A program made the position numbers and the translations under genes. From Tubulanus polymorphus (Eukaryota; Animalia; Nemertea), in contig NC_134030.1 of NCBI RefSeq assembly GCF_964204645.1, positions 21,660,210-21,724,209 on the forward strand: 64,000 nt of DNA. Direction: 5' to 3'. Positions 53,200-64,000 of the stretch are shown here, piece by piece. Each line of letters opens with the position of its first letter. Position 1 is the stretch's first letter. The notes under the pieces are model-generated. The model did no database searches. It saw only the letters and a program-made list of their open reading frames with translations, and had not been told where the DNA came from.

Positions 53200-56100
53200 T
53201 TTATGAGGTATTATCATTTATATCGACATATATTCTATTCATGCATAAGAGCCATTAGACTTTCATCAATCTGTTTAACTGAGTTAGCTTCACTTCGTCT
53301 CACTCAGGTTTGCTGTGACCGGTTTCTATAGTTTTCACAAGTTTCGGCATATCACTGCACGACTGTCTAAGGTAAATAGTTTGATATGACACATTTTGTC
53401 AGTTAATCAGGCGGTTCACAGATCATTTTGTGTCTCGATATTTACCAACCAATCATTTTGTGTCTCGATATTTACCAACCAATCATGTGGTGCCTCGATA
53501 TGTACCATCCAATCATTATGTATCTCGATAAATACCAAGCAATGACTTCGTGCCTCGATATGTAGATGAACCGACCGATGTGTTTACCAGGTGTTATCAT
53601 TATAGTGACTCATATTCTATTCATCCATTATTAGATCAAGCACATTCTAATGATCTTAAAATTTTTATCAATACGGTTTGTTCAATTCAGTTACTTTCAC
53701 TTTGTCTCACTTTAAACCCATGTTTTAGTCTCAGGTTTGCTGTTACACTTTTTTTCATTTAAAGGCCCACTGGCAGTATAAAAGCCCAATCAATGTCAGA
53801 CATGGCAGTATCTTTGAACCCGTGGAGCAGTGAGGAGCTCCAACGGTTGAAACTGGAATTATCCTATTTTCTCTGTCAGTTATCCGATTTGGATCCTCCT
53901 TTTTGTCAGACATATGTATTAATGCATAATATATTCATTTCTGCAGTCAAAATTATGTTTTAGGCCCTCCTCTTGGAGTAATTAAGCAATTTCGTTGGTA
54001 TTTTCTTCTAAGTATAAATCTTTGAATGACGTAAAGGGAGGAGTTATCCAGTGAATCAGTGTAGCTTGCACGGCACAGTAACAGTAACATGATACCCTAG
54101 GTCATCACTACACATAAACAAAAATATAGGCTAATTCATAGTACCTAAATCTCACTACAAAAATCTTTTTTCCCGATCAAGGAATCAGTCTGAAATTTCA
54201 TACACTTGTTAAGCTTTCTACCTTCAGTGTTATGCCAAAATTTCATCAAAATCGGATAAAAATTGATAATTTTTAAAAATCTCAAAATTTCGCCAAATTC
54301 TTTAATCTTGGTCCTTTTCTTACAGAAAATGATCACAAGCTTCAGATTTTCATCCCCAATAAGACTGCACCATTTAAAATTACCTCAGAACTTTATATGA
54401 AAATTTATGAATTTGTCAGATATTACAGTGTGTGACCTCTACAGTTACAATTGTGAGCCACCCTTACTCACTGTAAACATCATCAACATGTTAGTGTAGC
54501 TAGTGGGACGGCCCATCTCAAGTGCTTACCACCCGGTTAACTACTGCTCATACCAATGGGCCTTTAATCAGACGGTTCACAGATCATTTCGTGCCTCGAT
54601 AAGTACAAACCAATCACTTCGTGCCTCGATATTTACCAACCAATGATATGTAGATGAACCGACCGATGTGTTTTACCAGGTGTTATCATTATATTGACTC
54701 ATATTCTATTCATGCACAGCGTTTATCGTCAACTCAATACATTTTGTATAGTTCCATTATTCACCCTCTAAGGATTATATTTTAGTGGATACTTCCATTT
54801 TTCAAGATATTTCCTTCGGGAAAATGAGGATGTGAAATTAATAATTGATCGTTCAGATTTTTTGACTTTTCAAATGCATATCAAAATCGAGGATTAGTTG
54901 CTTTGTTTATGGATATTTAGAGTAGTTTCACTTTGTTTTTTTTTCATTAAGGTAAAAATCATTTCCTCCTTAAACTTTTCACATCTGGGTTTCGTTTCAT
55001 GAAAAGGTTTAAGATTTAGACAGTTAAATTTGAATTGCTCTCCTACAAACTTGAAGTTACCAATCATAGCAGCTGAACTTGAAATTCACTGTGTTTTGTA
55101 ATATTGGACCCTGAGCGAGACTCCTGGTTTTGATGTACACATGTCTTGTATGCAGTGACTATCCATCACTTGGACGTTACCAAAAATACAAATGAAATTG
55201 AAAATGCTGATCGAATTAATACTAGGAATAGTTCGTTAAAGGCCAAGTGCCCTCTAACTAGAAATAGAATATTGTATAAAACCTATTTTCTAAATGTGAT
55301 ATGTGTATAAATGATAAGTGTGTTACTAATTCTGATTTAAGTTTTAGCAACGCTATTTTTCCGCTTACGAGTCGTTTCGGGAACTAGCTCATTATAGATG
55401 ACGAAGACTACGATTTTTCAGTTGTTGATAATATTTATTCCAGACGCACTTGGTATGTGTCTGATATTTGATACAGACTCCAAGGCTGACTTCACGAAAG
55501 TGTCTGAGTGAATGAATGTGTCGGAGTGATTCTTCTGAATCTTACAAGTTATATACGATATTGGTTACAAAAAGAACATGTGACAGGCAGGTGACAGGTG
55601 CCAAATTGGTCATTGTTTAACACATTAGTGGGCATCTGTCTGAGCACGGATTAACGAATTACTAAACAAACAAATGGGCAGATAGTTATAGCATGGATAA
55701 AATAATAAGACTTAAGATACAATAATATCAAAGTAGAAATGGCTTTGTTATATTCTCCCTTATTACGTTTGGAAAGTTTTCGTCCTCGAAAATAAAAGAA
55801 ATATAATAAGTGGAATATAGAGACTGCTTGCTAAATATATGAAAGAGACTAGATATGACATTTAATTAATAAGAAAATTTAAGGAATTAAAATAAGCAAA
55901 TAATTGTTTTGTTACAAAGTAAAGCCATTACTGAGAAATAAGACTTTAAAGTCGGCTATTTTCACCAGTTTACCGTACACAGCAGGTGCACGTTTGTTGT
56001 GAAAAACCCACGATTTCTGACGTCATTGTAGTCTAACAGTCAAACGACTATTGTCATAATATGATCTATAAAACAGTTGTATCGAATTTCATGAAAATAA

Positions 56101-56745
56101 TAAACCATGAACTGACACCAGAAACCCTCATTCCGGTTGAAACACACATCTCTAATTGTACTTTTTAATTTTCTCATCATTCCGTTCATTTCAGTTACTT
56201 TCACTTTGTCTCATATCTAACCCATATGTTCGTCCCAGGTTTGATATGACGTATGTTTTCCAGTTAATCAAGATTTACAGGATTACTGTTTTAGTAGATG
56301 ATTTGAGTTTTATCTTATTTATATTCTGTTCATGCACAGCGTTTATCGTCGATCCATTACATATGTGTAGTTTCATTATTCACCCTCTAGAATTATATTT
56401 TCGATACTTTCACGTTTCCAGATATTTTCGTCAAACTGATTAAGGATCATGTACAATAAAAAATTGATCATGTAGTTTGTTTAACCTTTCGAATGCATAT
56501 CAGAATTTGGATTAGTTGTTTTGTTTATGGATACTTGGAGTAGTTTCACTTTTCGATATACAGTTTGTTTCATTGAGGAAAAACTCACTTCTTCCTAGAC
56601 TCCTTTCACATCAGAGTTTGGTTTCCTCTAGACGATTAAATTTGAAATCGATTACAAGTTTGAATTACTGTCCTCATCAAAAACCTAAGTCCTCAGCTAG
56701 ATAAAACTTCAAGTTTTCTTCACTTTTTTGTGTGAATTGGACCCT
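53200..56745. repeat. Degenerate local duplications (blocks at about 53200-53760, 54568-55110 and 56160-56745)
   Basis: Shared motifs include ATATTCTATTCATGCA, CAGTTACTTTCACTTTGTCTCA, CACAGCGTTTATCGTC and GAGTAGTTTCACTTT. Confidence 0.6.
53763..54563. mobile_element. Kolobok-like non-autonomous DNA transposon (801 bp)
   Basis: TTAA|AGGCCCACTGG ... CCAATGGGCCT|TTAA. Removing it restores the TTAATCAG.CGGTTCACAGATC motif seen uninterrupted at about 53403. Confidence 0.7.
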
Positions 56746-56986
56746 GACCTGCTAGTCTCTTAGACTCGGTGTACAGTAAGTTATTTGCAATAAAAAAACA
56801 TTAAACTCTTTTTGATGGAACCAATAATTTCCTATACTTTTTACGTACAGATATTTACATCTTTACAAGTGAACACGTCTCGTCTAAAGACTAAAATGTC
56901 CTTTGGAAGATCATTGTTTACTATTGTTTGTATGTGACGATGATCTGAAGTTTGTTTCTATATTTCTAGGTAATGAATGAATCAAG

Positions 56987-59900
56987 ATGAAGAATCTATG
57001 GAGGAATCCGCAGCGGTGTTTAGTGATCTGCGTGATTATACTGTTGAATCTCATGGCGTACAACAACAGCCCACAAGCGTTTAGAGTCAAGAGAAATACC
57101 GGTAAGACACCAGTGCAAGAACATTTCATCAGAGTATATATCTGAAAAATATATTATGCATGTATTATCATACGTAAATAAAACTTATCACCAGACTTTG
57201 GAAACTTGTATTTGAAACATCTGGGACAAAATGATAGTAGCTGAATAGTCCACTTGAACTGATACATTTACCTCGAATGAAAACCCACAATCTCTCAAGT
57301 GTTTTATATTTTACCTTTAACATTTTAACTATTCAATAATTGTATTTTATCTTCTAAAACTCCATCTACACTTGATTCTTATACCCGGGTTATGCGTCTC
57401 CATTACACTCGAAATATGGGTTCAATGAAGAAAGAAATGTTTTTTAGAAACCGCTCTTGAAAAAGTATGGTACTGTTCCGCGGTCCCTTTCTCTATTGTC
57501 TTTTTCCTCTATTACAAACTCCGGTCCCTGGCGAGACCTCGAACACAGAAACCCGAAAACCAAGGAATAAAAGGAACTCCGGATTTAAATATGATAATAC
57601 TCAACTTTAATTCTACAATTTTAACTGAACTTTAGTCTCAACAATTTATAAAATTCCCTACCTTTTAATTTAGAATTTTGTTACAAATCCCGCACACAAA
57701 AAGATGCAATTCAACCGGATAGCCGAAAGTTATCTGTTCTATAGTCTTCTAATGCTTCCCCTGAAAATGCTTTCTAAAAGAGTCCGCTCTCTCTCGAGGT
57801 GCGGCCCCTTTTATACGGCTGCGTCCACACCCAAGAAAAATCCAGAACCCTGCTTGCGGCCAGCCGTAAAAGGGAACGAGCAACCAACGCAGCACCACGA
57901 CGCAGAGCTGGGGTCCTGATTCCTAGACTTTTCATTCGCTGCTAACTTTAACCCGACCCTCGACGTCATGATACCTGCCGGTCTGCTCTCCTTCAGGAAG
58001 GAATATCGAAACAAACTAAATTTTCATAGTACCCATGCGCCATCTAGCGTAAAACATTCTAAGTATTTCAGTACTTTGCGCAAACAGTCGTTTCGAAGTG
58101 TATTTAGTCGATCAATATCGATTAATATATTACTCTAATTGCGCGGACCACCTTGCTACACTAAAACGGCCATAGTTTTATCATCAAATGGAATTTTACC
58201 ATCAAATTCTCAGATAATCATCAAAACATACTGCAGAATAGAAATTCTACACTCATACACATTATTGAAGTACAGAAACTGACAAAAATATGGAAGCATT
58301 ATCATAGTACAGTCAACCCCCGAAATACCGCCCTCCCATATACCGCAAACCCGCCTACCGCCAGGTTTTCACGATGTGCGTCTATATACAAATACATAGT
58401 AAAACACCCCCGATATACCGCTATACTCTCTCTATACCATCAAAATCGTTCTGCACCGATGTGGGCGCAGTATATCGGGGGATGACTGTAGATTAAGGAG
58501 ATACTGTTTGAGAGCAAGTTTAAAACAGGAGGGGATCAAAATGAACTTCAGAAAGAAACTTACGGCAATAAACTTGGCTTTGAGTAAGGTTTGATGAATC
58601 CGGCCGCTGGTTAACACCGCAAGCTCCTCTGAGAATCTCCAGGCAGTTTCACATCAGTGAATTGCTAATTATACAACACTAAAACGATGATAAATGTTTG
58701 CATTGCAAGGAATCCAAGAATATACTTACGGGAGTGTTATATCAATTGAAGGATCACTTTACCTTTAAGCGATCAGCAACTAAATATTGCATTCAAAATT
58801 GTCAGTTTGATCGTTAGAATTAGTTTGAATATTGACCGAGGCAGCATCACAGGATACAGTGTTAAAATCATATGGATAATGCGTGTGAATATTATATTTT
58901 AAAAACATCAAATCAGATAATTGTTTATTTCTTGTTTAACTTCTTCAAACGGAAGACAATTTCCTTATGCTTAAGTCAGGGGCTGCGGTTGCTGTGAAGT
59001 TGGTTTAAGTTTCCCAGTGAATGAAATTGAGATGTTCATTGGTCAATTTTGACTAACAATGGCTTTGACTATAGAAAGCTCTATTGCCATTCATTTCAGC
59101 ACCTGATGGAGTTGTACTGGACAGTGTGAATGTATTACCGGGTAGATGAATATTACGCACATTGTGTATTTGATATTTCAGCACCTGATGCAGTTGTACT
59201 TGACAGTGTCAATGTATTACCGGGTACATGAATATTACGTATATTGTGTATTTGATATTTCAGCACCTGATGGAGTTGTACTGGACAGTGTCAATGTATT
59301 ACCGGGTACACGTGTATTACTGTCGCAGGAAGGTAAAACTGTTAGTATTACCTGTAAACAGAGCAGCTCTACAGCGACTGGTGTAGAATTCCAGCTACAA
59401 GTGAACAGTGGAGCAGGAGGGGCCTGGACTGCATTACCTACAGCATCAGCACCAGTTTGGGTTTTTAAACCGGAGGCTGGTAAACAGTATAAATGTGTGG
59501 CCATTATATCAGTCGGAATTAAAGAAAGTCAGTTCTACCAATCAGATGTAATCAGTGAGTATGCATCACTTATCAAATAATGTTTGGAAAATAGAAAAAC
59601 TTGTTTTGGTATCTGTGTATCTGATCATGATGATTAAAATCAGTTGTGTTTAATGCATGAAAGTTACTCAAAACCAGTTGTCTTTAAAATTAAGCAAAGG
59701 TGGCTCCAAACATACCCAAATCATGGCAATGGGAGAGCTCCGATGGTCTTAATTTTCATTAGCTAAGATTATACATTGGGACTTTCCCCTGCCTTCCACT
59801 GCTGGTTTGATTTCATCAGTCATAGGTGATATTTATTTATTTATTCATTTATTTCAGAGATAAATTGCAACAATGTGAACAATGTTATTGTTAGTACATA

Positions 59901-62900
59901 ATGTTGTAATATAAAACTTGGGTTTCAGAAAAAGCAAGGCTTGTATAAACTGAAACCCTGAAAAGGAATGCTAAATGTACAAAAAGTAGTAGTTGGCCGA
60001 AAGGGAACTACTATTCAAAATTAACTGCGATAAATACAGAGATATTTTGATACACCTGGGCCCAGATCCACAGTTCTGAGTTAAGATTTGACTCTGGGTT
60101 AAAACATTATTATGAACTAACTTTAACTCAGAGTCAACTCTAACTCACGACTGTGAAACTGGGTCCAGTAATGTTAAATATAAATTTAGCAGTTTAAAAT
60201 GAAATGAATAAAGGAGGATAATCAATTAATAAGTAGATACATAATGGCGTTTCATCTTTGATTTGAAAATATATTCAAATTTTTACTGGTTTTTATTGAT
60301 TGACTAATTTGATTCCAAAGTTTGGGACCCTTTACTCTCAATGAAAAATTTCTAACATGAGTATGGTAATGACTTAAACGGAGATAAGTCCTCGATCTGG
60401 TGTTGTGATTATGAATTGATGCATTTAACTCAAAAAGATCTGCGAACGTAGAAGGTTGTGTGAAATAATGACTGCCCAACAAGAAGATTGTTTACATCAT
60501 GGAGTTTTAAGATTTGAGCAGCTTTGAATGAATATCAATTTTACTTCATTTTTCAAATTTCCTAATTCACGGTACATTGATATTATGGGGCTTTTTTAAT
60601 AGCGGTTTTGGGCGCAGTATATTTTAAATATACTGCACCCAAAAACTGTTCACATTCGAACACAAGATGCCAATAACAACTTGGACAAGTTTCCTGATCG
60701 AAGTCGTTATCAAAATCTAAAATTTCGATGATCACCTCCCTTAGTAATAATTTTAGTAGTTTTTCGCACAAATGAAATACATTTTCATACATCGAAAAAT
60801 AGTAGTTTTCAAAATTTTCTGTGACCGAAATTTCATAAAATGCTATTCGTATTTCGCAGAGCAGATACCATTATAGGTTAAACTAGTTTATTTAGGATAC
60901 GAGCTTTCGTTACTAACGTCTAGTAGGTTCATCAGGTGAACGAGTGAAGTACTATCTGTCTCTATGTTCTACTGATTCATTCATTCAATTCATCTTAAAT
61001 CGATTTAAGAGTTGATGCTTTTCGTTTGCCAGTTTCACGGACTCCGATATAGATTTGATTTGTAAACGTGTTCATAATCTGTTATTGTAGGTATAAAGAT
61101 AAATGAAAACCCGTGTAAACTGCATGAATTCCAACCATCACTGGCTTGTACTTGTAAAGCCACTAGTAAGATCGGTAATCCAAACATCAAAGTAAAATGG
61201 TATGCTGATGGATTTACTGAAGGTTCAACAGAAATTATAAATATCCGCGATCAAGGCGTAAATACTCCGGTGAAAGATGGAGTTATCAACAGGAATCAGA
61301 TGGATTATAGAATCATGATTTACTCAACATTGATTCAATGTCAGTTGAGGAGATATAATGGTATAATTCTACCGAGACCACTTCAAAATCAAATACTACA
61401 TCAAACTGTGATGGATGTTACGTGTAAGTTAAAAAAACATCGTTTTCTATCGGTTATGTGCAAGTTATGTAATATTTTCATAAGATATCGGACTGAATTC
61501 TGGTATGAGTTCAGTATATTTGTACGGAGTGTCCGCATGCGAATGTCCCTGTCGTATTTTACGATGCCCGACAAATGACCAACCAAGTTTCAGGACTCCA
61601 CGGTGTCTTAGTCGGGCACTATCCTGTCATTAGAGTGAATTTTTGTCGAGACACTATTGTCAAGGAAACCTGACACGACTGCGGAACTATCCCGATTTAC
61701 AAACACCAACAACTTCGAATGCAAAAGTTTATGAAGTCTATGTACGAGTAGAATTAAAGATATAGTTATGACATCGTAGCACCCGAGACCGCGATGTGGT
61801 CGCGCTGACTCCTGTCTGGAAAGAGAGAGGGAGAGGAAGAGGGAGAGGGAGAGGGAGAGGGAGAGGGAGAGGGAGAGGGAGAGGGAGAGGGAGAGGGAGA
61901 GGGAGAGGAAGAGGGAGAGGGAGAGGGAGAGGGAGAGGGAGATGGAGAGGGAGAGGGAGAGGAGAGGGAGAGGGAGACTCCAAGCCTTTATAATAGATAA
62001 TGAAAAAAATATACTTACGTCTTTTTCTTTCAGATTTTCCCGATGAAATTCAAAGACGAGGTACTTTCACCGGACAACCTGACATTAGAACTGAAGGAGA
62101 AGTTGTAGACTATATTTGTAGAACTTTGGGTGGGAGGCCCGATCCTACAGTGATATACCAGCAGAAGAGAAGAGGTTCTGAACAATGGGAGCCAATTCCT
62201 CCTGATCCACAACCTCGTAAAGTACCTCTTAAAGGGCATTTAAAAGGTTTTGACACGACGTACAAGTTCAAAGCTGATTTCACACTGCACAATGGAACGT
62301 CATTTCGATGTGCTGTAAAGGAGAACCTTACGTTTCCAGAACCTCAGCAATTTAATCCAATCATTGTTCATTGTAAGTAACAGATTCATTTGTTGTATTT
62401 GAGAAATCTTCCTAAGAATAACAGTATGGGTGGATCTAGGACTTTTCTAAGGGGGTGGCTGACAGCTGAGACGCACTGAATCAGCGAACTGAAGAAAATT
62501 TAAGAAAAGCTTGAAAAATCCTCGGGAAAATGGTGGAATTCGACGGCATTCGAGCGAAATAATGACATCCTGCTGAGTCATAGTGCCCGCGCGGGTAGTA
62601 TGTGGTGTTGGTAATTCTAATGAAATACCCGCACGATTCATGGGGAAACGTATTTATCAAAATTTTGTCATTATAATTTACAATTTTGGTTTCGGGAATT
62701 TTTGACACGGATTGGGAAAAATTCAGATAATTGAGATTGAGAAAATGACTGTTTACCGGACACAGATTATACGGCCTAGCGGAATGGCTGTAACCGAATG
62801 ATAAGTGGTCTCATATCGGGTGGAGCTTCACTGGTAAAATGTATGTATAAATGTATGATGAATTCGCTACTGTTGTTCTGGTTCCGAGGCTTATTTTACT

Positions 62901-64000
62901 GCGGCGAATTCGGACGCGAAATAGCAGGACCTAATAACAAATATCGGGTGGAGCTTCACCAACATAATGCATGTATAATTGTATACGGCGATGGATTCGC
63001 TGCGCTACTATAAGTTCCGATTCTGATTCAGAGGCAGAGAATGAACAATCTCATGGGGCCTACTACGAACGATCCCAAACCATTTTCATCTTTTTAATTC
63101 AACAAACAGTGCGAGTTATTAGAAACGTTACATAAGTCAATGTGATAAGTTTGCTGATCTTGCGCTGAGACATGCTTGCTCGTGGGGGGGGGGGGGGGGG
63201 TTCACGGTTGCGAATTTGATTCCTCAATCGAGTTAAACATGAACAGCGCCGATATTTTTGATCAAAGTAATGATTTAAGGCGAAAAACCCTTTTCAAAAT
63301 GTTTCGGAAGGCATAAGAGGGGGTGGGGGGGGTATAGTTAGCCACCCTATTCACCCCCTAGATCCGCCCCTGATAACAGTATAAAGTTTTCCCAGATACA
63401 ATACAAACCCCAGTCCTAGTAGTCCAGACCTATCCGCCCTTAGTATAGTCGCGACCAAGGCGGGAATCTCACGATGTCATCAGGTTCGAATCCCTGCCGA
63501 GCGAGGAACGTGATCGAGTCTGACGATGTCATCAGGTCCGAATCCCCGTCGAGGGAGGATGGTTCTTGTCTAGTACCTAGCCGTCGTTCCCCAAACAACT
63601 GTTGTAGGGAACCCGTAACGACGACTGGTATTCAGACTAGGATGGCTCAACCTCTGACAGGGTTTCAGAACTTTGCTAGGTCAGATATAAGTTTGCTAAG
63701 GCAGTATGCTTGTAAACAACCTTCACTAATGATTTGTCTTTTATCAGATTTTGAACCAGTTTACAAGAAATCCAGTGAAAATGAAACAAATGCAGCGTAT
63801 ATTGTAACAGTTAATAGTTACCCATTGACTCAACAAGTTACATGTGACCCTCCAGCTGTCGTTCAAAAACTATCAAACTATCAGTGGAATATAACGATAC
63901 CTATCGTAAATAGTACCACAACTGATTATGAAGGGCGATGTTTGGCTGACGGTATTAATGAAAGGGTCATTGATGTCGCTAGTTATCATAACGCCGGTCC
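56987..64000 (+). CDS. Tandem paralog of the Ig-superfamily receptor (5' part; runs off the window)
   Basis: Exons 56987-57101 (MKNLWRNPQRCLVICVIILLNLMAYNNSPQAFRVKRNT), 59264-59554, 61091-61423, 62034-62372 and 63748->64000. The Ig exon sizes (291/333/339) and phases match the first copy and the frames are open. Confidence 0.88.
57474..58160 (-). mobile_element. Possible solo LTR
   Basis: The minus strand begins TGTAGC and ends GGAACA, with TATAAAAG at about 57815 and ATTAAA downstream. No matching TSD is seen. Confidence 0.3.
58310..58488. mobile_element. Tc1/mariner (pogo-like) MITE
   Basis: TA|CAGTCAACCCCCGA ... TCGGGGGATGACTG|TA. Confidence 0.8.
59830..60540 (-). mobile_element. CR1-group LINE 3' end with (AAAT)n tail and a nested MITE
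   Basis: The ORF2 end reads HNHNTRSRTYLRL..FSLRVKGPKLWNQISQSIKTSKNLNIF. An (ATTT)n tract is at 59830-59853 and a MITE at about 60058-60167. The element is absent from the paralogous intron. Confidence 0.75.
61822..61977. repeat. (GAGAGG)n hexamer microsatellite
   Basis: A directly visible purine run of about 25 copies. Confidence 0.95.

Noticed and set aside
61738-61993. Poly-RG and poly-LP ORFs
   Set aside because: They are translations of a (GAGAGG)n microsatellite inside an intron.

Overview
This is AT-rich, intron-dense eukaryotic DNA from an invertebrate metazoan, probably a lophotrochozoan (inference). Three host genes lie on the + strand. (1) A complete 8-exon DHHC palmitoyltransferase of the ZDHHC3/7 group (5413-11152, 267 aa) with one GC-AG intron. 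(2) An unusual single-pass Ig-superfamily receptor (20666-46459, about 1405 aa, 54 coding exons reconstructed by hand). It has a signal peptide with an RVKR furin site, 4 Ig-like exons and a TM exon. These are followed by 47 consecutive symmetric phase-1 exons of 18-156 nt, encoding a Cys-rich juxtamembrane tract and a long tail, and then a Gly-rich terminal exon. (3) A tandem paralog of that receptor (56987 to the window end) whose Ig domains differ mainly by clustered amino-acid replacements. The accessory DNA includes Penelope-like retroelement fragments with GIY-YIG endonuclease and hammerhead motifs, a 17-copy array of 69-nt minimal hammerhead ribozymes, and a 1.28-kb non-autonomous Maverick/Polinton-like element with a 6-bp TSD. 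It also includes a GPCR pseudogene fragment, LINE 3' ends, several MITE families and many minisatellites, several of which start at splice junctions. Most long ORFs in the supplied track are repeat artefacts. All gene models were read manually from splice signals and reading frame and have no transcript support.
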